Source: Candidatus Poribacteria bacterium (GTDB taxonomy: Bacteria > Poribacteria > WGA-4E > JAJDTR01). Taken from it: a stretch of DNA of 64,000 nucleotides. Position numbers and translations under genes: made by a program. How positions within the stretch are numbered: the first letter of the stretch is position 1; every line of letters starts with the position of its first letter. The stretch covers positions 3,040,001-3,104,000 of the forward strand of contig CBDCTK010000002.1 of NCBI GenBank assembly GCA_965222225.1, read 5' to 3'. Of this stretch, positions 1 through 10,493 are shown in pieces. The notes under the pieces are model-generated. The model saw only the letters and a program-made list of their open reading frames with translations, was not told the DNA's origin and did not search any database.

Positions 1-68
1 ATGTGCTTGAAAACATAGACAAACTACAAAATTGGTTTGTGGAGGAAGATGAAGAAGGATGTCAACTT

Positions 69-1112
69 TAGGAGTTACGCAGTTGGCTGAAGCGTATAAA
101 GAGGTTGTGCCAAATAAGCCCGTACCGCATCTCTGACAATAGAGAGTTTTGCATCAAACCAACTGATACCGGTATGATAGCAATAGTGCTCAATTCTCAG
201 AAAGGCTCTCAGCGCTAAACCGATATGATTTCTTTGAGTGCGAGCAGAGCGCACTTGTGCGCGTTCAATGCCAACAAATTGCTTAATCCCGCGATGATAT
301 TCTTCTATTGTCCAAGACCATTCGGCATATTTGAGACGCGTCAATTCGTCCATCTGTAAATCATTCGTTGCCCAATATTCAATGTCACCTTCTGGAGTGT
401 CAACCTTAAATACTCGAATCAATCCATAGCCTTTGAGATGGACAATTGTACCTGTTGATTCACTCGGAAGCGTACTCACCGGACGGTTACCGGAATAATC
501 TTTACTGACAAGTCGGTTGGCAGCTAGACGAGTAAGCCACTTCCAACCATGACCTCGCACCGCTTTTAGATTCTTTAGACTGGCATACCAACTATCAAAA
601 CACACACATTCAGGAGCAAAACCGCGTGTTTTCGCTTCTTCAAGCATGGCGCGGAAATGCTCATTCTTCGTCAAGCCGTCTTTGGCTTTATCATAGATTC
701 GATAATCACACGGAATATGTCTATCGCCATCCGTCCAGAGCAAAGTGACCAAGTTAATCCCATTCACAACTCGGTGGTGTTTCCCTGACCAGTGTTTTGT
801 CACGAGTTCAATCTTTTGTGAATAAGGTTTATCCAGAGTCGAGTCATCTATAACTAAAATTCCGGATTCTAATTTCACCTGATTTCTCGATTCTTGCCAC
901 AGTTTGCCAGTATCGGGTTCCTCTCGATGCAAGAGCCGTGTTATCGAATCGTGAGCCGGAGGATTATCAGCTTGGGGTTGAACTTTTTCCGATTCAAGAC
1001 AACTGTAACTTTTCTGAGCGGCTACCAAGAAATCAATATAGTCAGTGTCAGTATATTTAGGGGGATTCATACTCAAATTATAACCTATTTTCACTCAACT
1101 GCGTAACTCCTA
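69..1112 (-). mobile_element. IS701-family insertion sequence
   Basis: Perfect 17-bp TIRs TAGGAGTTACGCAGTTG (69-85) / CAACTGCGTAACTCCTA (1096-1112); 5-bp direct repeat AACTT at 64-68 and 1113-1117. Confidence 0.9.
75..1070 (-). CDS. IS701-family DDE transposase
   Basis: Motifs LVIDDSTLDKPY, CFDSWYAS, WTIEEYHRGIKQ; ATG at 1070 preferred over the longer ORF start. Confidence 0.85.
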   Translation of the reverse strand: MNPPKYTDTDYIDFLVAAQKSYSCLESEKVQPQADNPPAHDSITRLLHREEPDTGKLWQESRNQVKLESGILVIDDSTLDKPYSQKIELVTKHWSGKHHRVVNGINLVTLLWTDGDRHIPCDYRIYDKAKDGLTKNEHFRAMLEEAKTRGFAPECVCFDSWYASLKNLKAVRGHGWKWLTRLAANRLVSKDYSGNRPVSTLPSESTGTIVHLKGYGLIRVFKVDTPEGDIEYWATNDLQMDELTRLKYAEWSWTIEEYHRGIKQFVGIERAQVRSARTQRNHIGLALRAFLRIEHYCYHTGISWFDAKLSIVRDAVRAYLAQPLYTLQPTA

Positions 1113-2866
1113 AACTTAATCAAAAAAGTTATGTTGCGTCACTGCGCACAGAGAGTGAAAAATTGTTGAACAGCATTACAACAAAAAATAACAAAGAAAA
1201 ACTTGAAAAATACACGGAAAATATTGGCGCCATACAGGATCTTAAGAATAACATCGAATATCTTGACGGGCTAAAGCAACAACTCCAGCAAACACAGGAA
1301 GAATTGAATCAGGGAATTGCTGAAATGAACGCAAGACTTCCTAAAAAAGATGGCTATAAAGATCTCGAAAAAGTAGATTTCAAGGTACAGCTAGATACTA
1401 TTTCTGAAAACAAGAAGACCGCAGAAACTCAAAAACAAACAAAGCAGGGTGAGAATGAAAAAATAAAGAAGGATTTTGAAGAAGAGGGCTTCACCGGTGA
1501 TCTATCCAGTCTTTTGAAAAATGCAGGCACATATCAATCCCAGATCAATTGGGCAGATAAACAACTGAAAGTAATTTCAAAAAAAGAGACGGAACTGTCT
1601 AAAGAGTTAAAAAAGAGAGATGAGCTGTCAACTAAGATTAAAACCGAGTACGAAAACCAAAAAGAAAAAATAGATCGAGCCTGGAAAAATATTCTAGAGA
1701 AACATGAGGGAGAGCATAAAGGTTTAATTGAAGAGATTTTACTTAGAGGAGGCAAAACATCCGTTGAAGGACAGATAGTTTTTGATGAAGGAATATTTTA
1801 CGAAAAAATATTGGAAATTGTTGACGGACGAAGCTACAAAAATGTTGCCGCTCTTAAAAGTCGATTGAAGATTTCAAACTTTGAAGACTGGATTAAATTT
1901 GTAAATGAAGACTTGAAAGAAATGATTGATGGCAAAGAATCCGATAGGTTTGACGGAATTAAAGATATAATTTTTGGAATTAAAAAACGCGGAGAGTATT
2001 TGAAAACATTACCAGAAATTTCATACGATGGACGAAGATTGAATCGTTTATCTGTAGGACAGAGAGGAACGGTTTTTTTGTGCTTAAAGCTTGCAACAGA
2101 TGCTTTTTCCAAGCCGATTATTTTTGATCAACCAGAAGATGACCTCGACAATAAATTCATCGTAAGTGAATTGATTGATATATTTAGAGAGCTGAAAAAA
2201 TATCGGCAAATAATTATTGTGACGCACAATGCAAACTTGGTTGTTAATGCCGATGCGGAACAAGTAATCATTGCAAGTAATTCTGATGAAGAATTGACCT
2301 ATGAATCCGGCTCTTTGGAGAACGAGACAATAATTGACGGTGTTTGCGAAATTTTGGAAGGTGGTGAAGAAGCATTTGAGAAACGAAAACACAAATACCA
2401 TTTTGCCTAACTAAAGGGAGTTCCACCTTGCGCGCGCACGGGAAGGTTGGGGCAAGCGCAATACGATTTGCCACCTCTCTCGCCGAAGCCACAGAGTGAA
2501 CACGAAGCAAGCACCGAGCAGGCATCGCAAACGGATGTGAGCGGACGCTCAAATTACCACCAAACGCGAGAGGAAGCGCCTCGGCCCGACGCGAACGACG
2601 GAAAAAGGGCGACTCTATGCCACCACAAATTCTATGCTTTACTTACTAGCCCTTTGGGCGGAGTGAAGCGGCAGAGCAAACCAAAAATTTCCTCTCCTCT
2701 TTCCGCCTTGCGGCCGGGGGTCTGGGGGGAACCGCACAAAAAATTGAAAGGAAAATTTTTTGGTTTGCCACGTGGAGCGCGCCCGAGGCGCGCAGTGTCA
2801 GTTGTTTTGTTCAAAATGGGTTTGCGCAAAGGTTAATATTTCACCGCCTTTAATATGCAGTAACGC

Positions 2867-3144
2867 CTTGGCTATGCTAAGTGGGGAGGTAGCGGTGCCC
2901 TGAACCTGCAAACCGCTTTAGCAGGACTGAAATCCTATTGAGCGGCGGATTACTTTTGGGGTCTGACCCAAGTAAGTGGTGTTGAAGATTGGGTCCTGAG
3001 CAACTCGAGCTTATCAAACTCCGTCAGGTCTGGAAGGAAGCAGCGGTAGATAGGTCTTCGAGTGTGACGCAGGGTAGCCTCATCGGAGCTAACTGCTCGG
3101 GTAACGCTTGGGAGGATCCGTCAACCTTTAGGTGCATAGCCAAG
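2867..3144 (+). ncRNA. ffs: Signal recognition particle RNA, long Alu-domain (Bacillus scRNA-like) type
   Basis: 5' Alu-like GCTAAGTGGGGAGGTAGCGGTGCCCTG; domain IV TCAGGTCTGGAAGGAAGCAGC; termini CTTGGCTATGC/GCATAGCCAAG pair; classical position upstream of dnaX. Confidence 0.93.
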
Positions 3145-3283
3145 ATTTTCGGGTGGGGTTGTGATTTGGGGATTCAGTATTGGCGTGGAGGAAGAAACTC
3201 GGTTTCGGCGTCAACGGCTCCACCCGAAATGAATTTCCAAACCGGCTCTAACATTCGTTCCAGCCCATGCCGAGAGAGAAGCC

Positions 3284-5080
3284 ATGTCCTATGAGGTTAT
3301 CGCGCAGAAATGGCGTCCCCAGTCCTTTCACCAAGTGATGGGGCAGGAGCACGTCATCAAAACGCTGCAAAACCAGATTCGCTTGAATCGAATCGGTCAT
3401 GCCTATCTCTTCTGGGGTCCGAGAGGCACCGGCAAAACGACGGTGGCTCGTCTTTTCGCAAAGACCGTAAATTGCGCAAAGCGCGATTCAGACGCGGAAT
3501 CCAACCCCGACAATCCGGTCGAACCCTGCAACGAATGCGAGTTATGCGCAGAGATTACGCAGGGCAGATCTTTTGATGTCATCGAGCTGGACGCCGCCTC
3601 CAACCGAGGGATTGATCCCATCCGCGAGTTGCGTGAGAACACAAAGCTCGTCCCCGCCGCGTGCTCCTTCAAAATCTACATTATCGATGAAGCGCACATG
3701 CTTACGCAGGAGGCGTTTAACGCTCTCCTGAAGACGCTTGAAGAACCGCCGCCCCACGTAATCTTCATCCTCGCGACCACCGAACACCACAAGATCCCCA
3801 AAACAATCGTATCTCGATGTCAAGACTTTGATTTCCGCTACATGGAGTTGAGTCAGATTATCGGTCGGCTCAAGTTAATCTCTGCCGAAGAAGAAATCGA
3901 TGTCGATGATCAGGCGTTGTCTTTGATTGCGCGTCAGTCGGAAGGCTGCCTGCGGGACGCCGAGAATGCGCTTGAGCGAATTATCTCGGCGACGGGCAAA
4001 ACGCTCAGTGTCGAAACGGTGAATCAGATTTTGGGGCTTGGTTCACGCCCGCTAATCAATAAACTCGTGAACGCGATATTGGACTGCAATCTGCCGGATT
4101 CCGTGAAAGTTCTCGCCAGTTTGACCAACCAAGGTGTGGATCTCACTCAGTGTCTCCATCAACTTATCGCCTACTTCAGGAATTTGCGACTTCTCGCGAT
4201 TAACACGGATATGGCGGATTTGATTCAGGGCTCGCAATCGGATGTACAGGGATTGAAGGAGAGAGTGGCTGACATTTCCGTGGAGCGCTTGTCGAGGATT
4301 ATTAAGATTTTGATGCGGGCAAACAGCGAAATCAAGCAGTACGGCTACGCTCAGATTCAGCTTGAATCGAGCCTTGTCGAGATTAACTCGATTCGTGAGG
4401 GTATCCAACTCAGCGAGGTTTTGAAAAGGCTGGGGGAAATAGAAAACAGGATTGACCGCCGTCAAAACGATTCGACTCCAGTTCAGACGGATTTCTCGCC
4501 TTCAAACACAGGGGGATCGACGAAGCCACCGATTGACCCGTTGCCGACCGGACCACGAAAGCTGATTGCCGAAACTCCGCCACCCAAAACCGATACGGTT
4601 CCGGCTACTTCCAATGCCGCATCCTCGAACGCCGCTGGCGAGGCGGATTCTGGAACAGCGGGGGAAGGCAGCCGGGCCGTAACTCGGAATTCCGCTGAAA
4701 TCAAACAGATTTGGGAGAAGGCATTGGAGACTTGGAGAACGGGTCAAAAGGTATTGTACGGATTTCTCAAGGACGCCACTCTTTCAACGAATGAAGAGGG
4801 AGGCATGGAAATAGCCTGCGCCCCTCTCCAGATCGCGATCTTGGAACGGAACAGGAAGAAGATTGTAGGGACTCTCGAATCTTTGATTGGGCATCGCGTC
4901 GAGGTCGGTTTTGTGCCGGGGCGCAACACCACCGAGACAAATAGAACCCAATCGACGAAGGATGATGGAGAACGAACACCGACGCCGCTTGCCCTGCAAC
5001 GCGAAGCGCAGCAGGATCCGCAACTTTCGCCGGTGCTTGAGCTTTTTGACGCGAAGATTCTGAAAATCGATTTGAAGTAA
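3284..5080 (+). CDS. dnaX: DNA polymerase III subunit gamma/tau
   Basis: KWRPQSF, Walker A GPRGTGKT, Zn-binding Cys, ELDAASNRG, IIDEAHML, SRC motif. Confidence 0.97.
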   Translation: MSYEVIAQKWRPQSFHQVMGQEHVIKTLQNQIRLNRIGHAYLFWGPRGTGKTTVARLFAKTVNCAKRDSDAESNPDNPVEPCNECELCAEITQGRSFDVIELDAASNRGIDPIRELRENTKLVPAACSFKIYIIDEAHMLTQEAFNALLKTLEEPPPHVIFILATTEHHKIPKTIVSRCQDFDFRYMELSQIIGRLKLISAEEEIDVDDQALSLIARQSEGCLRDAENALERIISATGKTLSVETVNQILGLGSRPLINKLVNAILDCNLPDSVKVLASLTNQGVDLTQCLHQLIAYFRNLRLLAINTDMADLIQGSQSDVQGLKERVADISVERLSRIIKILMRANSEIKQYGYAQIQLESSLVEINSIREGIQLSEVLKRLGEIENRIDRRQNDSTPVQTDFSPSNTGGSTKPPIDPLPTGPRKLIAETPPPKTDTVPATSNAASSNAAGEADSGTAGEGSRAVTRNSAEIKQIWEKALETWRTGQKVLYGFLKDATLSTNEEGGMEIACAPLQIAILERNRKKIVGTLESLIGHRVEVGFVPGRNTTETNRTQSTKDDGERTPTPLALQREAQQDPQLSPVLELFDAKILKIDLK

Positions 5081-5151
5081 TACTTAATTCTATGGAAGGA
5101 GACGCGGTGCGCTTTCCCGAACACATCGGAGCGTAGTCGCCACTATTTTTT

Positions 5152-5460
5152 ATGAAGATTAACAACTTGGTAAAACAGGCGCAGCAGATGCAACAGCGCA
5201 TGATAGAACTTCAAGAGGAGCTTGCCAATCAAACGGTAGAAGCGACCGTTGGCGGGGGTATGGTAACTGCCGTCGCCAACGGTCAGCAGGAGTTGATATC
5301 ACTGGATATTTCTCCCGAAGTCGTAGATCCGGATGATGTTGAAATGTTGGAGGATCTTATCGTTGCCGCCGTCAATGAGGCACGCCAACGAGCGCACGAA
5401 CTGATGGCGCAGGAGATGGATAAACTCACCGGCGGCGTTAAACTCCCCGGACTACCGTAG
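5152..5460 (+). CDS. ybaB: YbaB/EbfC nucleoid-associated protein
   Basis: [22 protein letters not shown]; dnaX-ybaB-recR synteny. Confidence 0.95.
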   Translation: MKINNLVKQAQQMQQRMIELQEELANQTVEATVGGGMVTAVANGQQELISLDISPEVVDPDDVEMLEDLIVAAVNEARQRAHELMAQEMDKLTGGVKLPGLP

Positions 5461-5484
5461 CGCTAACTATTCTCGTCTACCTAA

Positions 5485-6090
5485 ATGCATTATCATCCGA
5501 AACCGCTGGCAGACTTAATACGCGAACTGCAAAAGTTGCCGTCAGTTGGGCCAAAAACGGCGCAACGGCTGGCATTCTACATGTTAAAAGCGCCTTCGGA
5601 AGACACCGCGCGGCTCGCGACGGCTATTTCCGAGGTAAAGACTCGTCTTTTCAGTTGCGGCATTTGCGGCAATATCACAGATTGCGAGCCTTGCCATATA
5701 TGCGCCAATCCGGAACGGGATCACCAAGTCATTTGCGTCATTGAGGAACCCGACGATCTATTGGCAATAGAACGAACCAATGGATACAAGGGCGTGTACC
5801 ACGTGTTAATGGGAGTTATTTCCCCGTTGGACGGCGTAGGTCCAAAGGATCTTCAAATCGGTTCACTGCTTGAGCGCATTGAAAGCCAAAACATCAAGGA
5901 AGTGATCCTCGCGACGAATTACACGACCGAAGGGCAGGCGACATCGCTGTATTTGACCAAGCGCCTGTCGAATTTTGAATTGGCAATCACCCGAATCTCG
6001 TACGGAATTCCCGTTGGCGGCGATCTTGAATACATCGACGAATTAACGCTCGCCAAGGCACTTGAGGGACGACGTAGGATAGATGTTTGA
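5485..6090 (+). CDS. recR: Recombination mediator RecR
   Basis: HhH LPSVGPKTAQRLAF, C4 zinc finger, Toprim YHVLMGVISPLDG, GGDLEYID. Confidence 0.97.
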   Translation: MHYHPKPLADLIRELQKLPSVGPKTAQRLAFYMLKAPSEDTARLATAISEVKTRLFSCGICGNITDCEPCHICANPERDHQVICVIEEPDDLLAIERTNGYKGVYHVLMGVISPLDGVGPKDLQIGSLLERIESQNIKEVILATNYTTEGQATSLYLTKRLSNFELAITRISYGIPVGGDLEYIDELTLAKALEGRRRIDV

Positions 6091-6291
6091 CGGGCATTGC
6101 GGGACACAAGGAGTAGCGCTTGGGTTGCATAGCGCAGTGGATTTGTCAATCCACTGCGAGCGGCGGTTGACTCAGATTGTCTCGGTTAGCGGTGTTTTGT
6201 GTTAGCGTGTCGGACTAGAGGTCCGAACTGCCGACGATACGGCTTTCAATCCGTCCTTAACTGATACAGGGAGTTTCTCAAAGTAATCACG

Positions 6292-8184
6292 ATGAACACT
6301 TACCAGAAATCTTATGATGTCATCGTCGTCGGCGCGGGGCATGCCGGGTGTGAAGCGGCGCTCGCCGCCGCCCGAATGGGTTGTGAGACGCTGATTGTCA
6401 CTATCAATCCCGATACTATCGCGAAGATGTCCTGCAACCCGGCTATCGGCGGGCTTGCAAAGGGACACCTTGTCAAGGAGATCGACGCGCTCGGCGGGGA
6501 GATGGCTAAAAATATCGATAAGACAGGTATCCAATTTCGCCGCCTGAATACAAAGAAGGGACCTGCCGTGCGTTCAAGCCGCGCTCAAGCAGACAAGAAA
6601 GCGTATCAGGATGAAATGAAGCGCGTCCTTGAGAGCCAGCCGCATCTTGATATCAAACAGGTTTTGGTCGATGAGCTGCTAACCAAAGACGGCACGTGTA
6701 TCGGCATACTCAGTCAAACCAGAACCGCCTATCTTGGCAAAACAGTCATCCTCACTACGGGCACTTTCCTTAAGGGATTAATCCACCTCGGTGACGTGTC
6801 TTACAGCGCGGGAAGGGCGGGTGAATCGTCGGCAGAAAAGTTGTCGGAGAGTTTCCTGAGTCTCGGTTTTGAGATTGGTCGGCTCAAAACGGGAACGCCG
6901 CCACGGGTAAAAGCCCAAACGGTGAACTTCGATGTGATGGAGATTCAACCGGGAGATCGGCATCCACTACCGTTTTCGTTCTCAACCGAGAAGATTACCC
7001 AGCAGCAGATGCCGTGCCATCTAACCTATACGAATGAAAAAACGCATGAGATTATTAGAAACAACTTGCATCGATCGGCAATGTACAGCGGGCGGATTAA
7101 GGGTATAGGGCCGCGCTATTGCCCGTCGATTGAGGACAAAGTGGTGCGGTTTGCCGACAAAGACCGCCATCAGGTTTTCGTGGAGCCGGAAGGAAGAGAT
7201 ACCGACGAGATATACCTTAACGGCATCTCCGCATGCCTCCCCGAAGATGTGCAGGTCGATATGGTGCACAGTATTCGAGGCTTGGAAGATGCCGAGATTG
7301 TCCGGTTCGGATACGCTGTCGAATACGATTTCGCGCCCGCAACCCAACTTCAACCGACGCTCGAGACGAAGCGCGTCGAGAACCTGTATTTCGCCGGACA
7401 ACTGAATGGCACTACCGGCTACGAGGAAGCGGCGGCGCAGGGGCTAATGGCAGGGATTAACGCGGCGTTGAAGGTACGCGGCGATGGACCGCTGGTTCTC
7501 GACAGGTCCCAAGCGTATACCGGTGTGCTGATTGATGACTTGGTCACGATGGACATCCGTGAACCCTACCGCGTGTTTACGTCTCGGGCGGAGTACCGCT
7601 TGGAATTGCGCGAGGATAATGCGGATCTGCGCTTGACAGAGATTGGCAGCCAACTCGGGTTGGTGGACGACGAAGCCTATCAGCGTTTCCAAACCAAGCG
7701 TGAACTCATCAAAGAAGAGCTTGCACGCCTGAGCCAAACGATTGTCAAGCCGACTCCCGACACGCTAGCGCGATTGGAGGAGGCAGGCATCATGCAATTC
7801 GACAAACCGACATCGTTGATGGATTTATTGAAACGCCCCGAGATCGGATATCGACAGATTAAACAGCTCTCACCACCGCCTCGCGAGTTACCCGGCGCCG
7901 TCGAGGAGCAATCCGAGATTCAGATTAAGTATGAAGGGTACATTCGGCGTCAAGTGGTTCAAATCGGGCAATTCAAGAAGTTGGAGAATTTCCGTATCCC
8001 GGATGATTTTGACTATGAAAACGCTCGCGGCTTGAAGACCGAAGCTCAAGAGAAACTCGCAAAGATTCGTCCGACATCGGTTGGTCAGGCATCGCGGATC
8101 CCGGGCGTGACCCCTGCGGACATTTCAATCTTGATGGTCTTGATTCATCAGAAAAACCGGGGTGAGTTACGGGCTGCCAGTTAA
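6292..8184 (+). CDS. mnmG: tRNA U34 carboxymethylaminomethyl modification enzyme MnmG (GidA)
   Basis: GAGHAGCEAA, SCNPAIGG, RLKTGTPPR, GPRYCPSIEDK, GTTGYEEAAAQG, RAEYRL. Confidence 0.98.
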   Translation: MNTYQKSYDVIVVGAGHAGCEAALAAARMGCETLIVTINPDTIAKMSCNPAIGGLAKGHLVKEIDALGGEMAKNIDKTGIQFRRLNTKKGPAVRSSRAQADKKAYQDEMKRVLESQPHLDIKQVLVDELLTKDGTCIGILSQTRTAYLGKTVILTTGTFLKGLIHLGDVSYSAGRAGESSAEKLSESFLSLGFEIGRLKTGTPPRVKAQTVNFDVMEIQPGDRHPLPFSFSTEKITQQQMPCHLTYTNEKTHEIIRNNLHRSAMYSGRIKGIGPRYCPSIEDKVVRFADKDRHQVFVEPEGRDTDEIYLNGISACLPEDVQVDMVHSIRGLEDAEIVRFGYAVEYDFAPATQLQPTLETKRVENLYFAGQLNGTTGYEEAAAQGLMAGINAALKVRGDGPLVLDRSQAYTGVLIDDLVTMDIREPYRVFTSRAEYRLELREDNADLRLTEIGSQLGLVDDEAYQRFQTKRELIKEELARLSQTIVKPTPDTLARLEEAGIMQFDKPTSLMDLLKRPEIGYRQIKQLSPPPRELPGAVEEQSEIQIKYEGYIRRQVVQIGQFKKLENFRIPDDFDYENARGLKTEAQEKLAKIRPTSVGQASRIPGVTPADISILMVLIHQKNRGELRAAS

Positions 8185-8519
8185 AGGTCAGGTAGAATCC
8201 GAGATCTTTGAATCGAAGGTGGAATCGCCTCGTTGGATCGGTAGTTGATGAGTATCTTCGTGTAAACATTCCGTCTTATGGCGGAAGGGTTTTTGCCATC
8301 TGTTATAGAATTTGCGAAGCGTCAAGGGGTTGCGATGCGGAGGAAATCACTATCAGGATCTACTATCGCACTCCTTGTCCAGTCGTTTGATCGCTCCTTA
8401 TTCAGTCGCTTGATCCTACAGCGAGCACCAAGAGGTCGCGATTCGGAGATCGCTCCTACCGGCAACTTCTTTAGAGAATTGCTATCGCGTTCCCTAACCG
8501 GTCACTTGATTGTTTAACT

Positions 8520-9230
8520 GTGCAAGTCCCAATCACTAAACACTTACGCCGGTTGAATCAAGACGCATTTCGACACCTTTTGAAACAGACTTTTCTTCAA
8601 CACGGTTTGCCGCTAACTCATAACCAGCAAGACCAATTCATCACCTACTGGCGGGAGTTGCAGCGATGGAATTCGCGGGTGAATCTCACATCCATTCGTG
8701 ATGACCGCGACATTGTCTTGAAGCATTTTCTTGATTCCGTGGGAGTCCTTAAACACTTTCCGATTGAAGCGGGCGATTCTGTGGTTGACATCGGATCCGG
8801 TGCGGGGTTTCCCGGTCTTCCGCTGAAAATCTACGCCCCCGACATCAAGTTGACGCTCGTCGAATCTTCATCAAAGAAGGCTAGTTTCCTCCAGTTCTTG
8901 ATGCCTCAACTGAACGTCACATCGGAGCAGGCAGATGTTAGCATAGTCGCTCAACGCGCCGAAGCGTTTGCAAAGCGGCGCGAAAACCTTGGCGCTTACG
9001 ATTGGGTTTTAACCCGTTATGTCGCATCATTAGCGGATTCTGCCGCGTATTGTTTGCCGTTGTTAAAGCGCAACGGAACGTGGATTGCCTATAAATCGCG
9101 CGAGGTGGAAGCTGAAATCCGCGAAGCCGGTTCTCAGTTTCGAGCCTTTGGGGGTGAGGTGGGGTGTGTTGTGGATAGCCGGATTTCGGAGTTGAATCGC
9201 GCCTATGTCGCAATACAGGGCTGTTCGTAA
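8520..9230 (+). CDS. rsmG: 16S rRNA m7G527 methyltransferase RsmG (GidB)
   Basis: WNSRVNLTSI, HFLDS, DIGSGAGFPGLPL; downstream of mnmG. Confidence 0.93.
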   Translation: MQVPITKHLRRLNQDAFRHLLKQTFLQHGLPLTHNQQDQFITYWRELQRWNSRVNLTSIRDDRDIVLKHFLDSVGVLKHFPIEAGDSVVDIGSGAGFPGLPLKIYAPDIKLTLVESSSKKASFLQFLMPQLNVTSEQADVSIVAQRAEAFAKRRENLGAYDWVLTRYVASLADSAAYCLPLLKRNGTWIAYKSREVEAEIREAGSQFRAFGGEVGCVVDSRISELNRAYVAIQGCS

Positions 9231-9532
9231 ATGCCCGAGGATTTGCGCGGGATTTTCTACCGCCTTGGAATCTCTATCGCACTCATTATTCATTCGCTTG
9301 ATCGCTGTCCGAGAGCGGGAGTTAAAGATAGAGCTCTCTGATAGCGAAGGCGATAGCAAATCCTATGTGTTATCCGCTCGCTTGATCGCCGTTGGCGCTT
9401 TCAAAGGCTGGTGCGCAGTGCGCACCCTGCAGAAAACCACAGAATTGTGCAAGAAATAAACTGAGTTTTGAAGAAAAAAAGATCCCTATCGCAGTCATTT
9501 TCCATTCCTTTGATCGGTTTCGGGAGGATAGT

Positions 9533-10225
9533 ATGACACATCGCGTTTTTATCTGTTTCTGTATTCTGAGTTTAGGTATAGTCGGGTGCCTTCCCGGAAC
9601 ATTGGAGAAGACTGTGGAGGTGGAGGTAACGCCAACGGCACCGGCCAAGCCACCCGGAATTGCGGAACTTCATCTGTCGCTGGCGAAAGGGGCTTACCCG
9701 GCGGACGAGCCGATTCCACTTCGGATGACCGTGCGGGCTGGGAAATTTGACCTGCTTATGCCGGCGGTATCCGTCGAAGGGGAGGGTGCGTTCGGAGGGT
9801 TAATCATCACGGATGCGGCGGGAAAAGCAATCACGCCGAAATCGCCGATTTCGGCGAAGGGCCACATAAAAAACCTGTTGCACGATGGAAAGGCGGTAGA
9901 TTGTATTCATGGCGTCGATCTGAAATCCAGAGCGGATACGGTTGCGGCGCTGGAGGATTTGCGGGCGCATTACAACCTTGCCCCGGGGGATTACACGCTC
10001 CAAGTCTTCATGAATTTGCAGGTTTATCGGGAATCTCTGCAAGATCAATCGCCGCAGGTCGTCGAGATGGAGAAGGACATCTTGGCAATCCAGCGGAGTA
10101 GGCATTCTGGTGAAGCTAAGCAGGAAGCGATCAGCCGCTTGCGGGAGGACATCGCCGCCATTCAGCGCGAACAGGAGGAGGTTTATGACAAGATTTATCT
10201 TCCCCTAGACTCTTTGCGCGGCTAG
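9533..10225 (+). CDS. Putative lipoprotein; possibly truncated by a premature TAG (frame continues to 10267)
   Basis: MTHRVFICFCILSLGIVGC lipobox after a GGAGG RBS; readthrough would add ADLESNVVSLKIG. Confidence 0.6.
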   Translation: MTHRVFICFCILSLGIVGCLPGTLEKTVEVEVTPTAPAKPPGIAELHLSLAKGAYPADEPIPLRMTVRAGKFDLLMPAVSVEGEGAFGGLIITDAAGKAITPKSPISAKGHIKNLLHDGKAVDCIHGVDLKSRADTVAALEDLRAHYNLAPGDYTLQVFMNLQVYRESLQDQSPQVVEMEKDILAIQRSRHSGEAKQEAISRLREDIAAIQREQEEVYDKIYLPLDSLRG

Positions 10226-10370
10226 GCAGATCTCGAATCTAATGTCGTTTCGTTGAAGATTGGGTGATTTGTTGCAGGGGAGTGTTGGGTTTCACTCGGA
10301 TTTCGGAGGCATGAAGCATAACGAGGGCCTCAAATGCAATCCAGATTCTTGGTTTTTTCGTGAGTTTCCG

Positions 10371-10385
10371 TTCAACCCAACCTAC
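10371..10385 (-). repeat. REP family C, GTAGGTTGGGTTGAA, often paired with TTGGGTTTCAC
   Basis: Copies at about 10371, 15220, 23777, 27697, 33893, 34105, 40867, 55083, 56022, 60522. Confidence 0.75.
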
Positions 10386-10493
10386 ATGCTGTACATAACG
10401 CAGTGGATTTGGCAATCCAAGCCGAGCGCAAAATAGAGAAACCGAGTTTTCAAGAAAAAACTCGGTTTCGAGGCAACCAAGGAGAACTAAGCA

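Larger units (their letters stand above)
1..2410 (+). pseudogene. SMC/ABC-type ATPase (TrlF/Ppl-like, probable defence protein) interrupted by an IS701-family element; 5' part lies outside the window
   Basis: C-terminal ABC motifs LSVGQ, IIFDQPEDDLDN, IIVTHNANLVVNADAEQVI and LEGGEEAF in 1163..2410. Bases 3-68 join 1118 onward in one open frame (…EEGCQL|NQKSYVASL…) once the IS and one AACTT copy are removed. AT-rich relative to the window. Confidence 0.8.

Noticed and set aside
2989-3294. 101-aa ORF upstream of dnaX
   Set aside because: Overlaps the SRP RNA gene.
3284-5080. E. coli-type programmed frameshift in dnaX
   Set aside because: I saw no A-AAA-AAG slippery site with a downstream hairpin in the linker region.
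5458-5460. Genome-wide TAG reassignment
   Set aside because: TAG ends intact genes at natural C-termini (ybaB; PhyH at 50378 and 51458).
9063-9359. Short ORFs sharing IKR(V/M)NNECDR-like peptides (also 15551, 23696, 40111)
   Set aside because: These are translations of the dispersed hairpin element; variation follows base pairing, not codon position.
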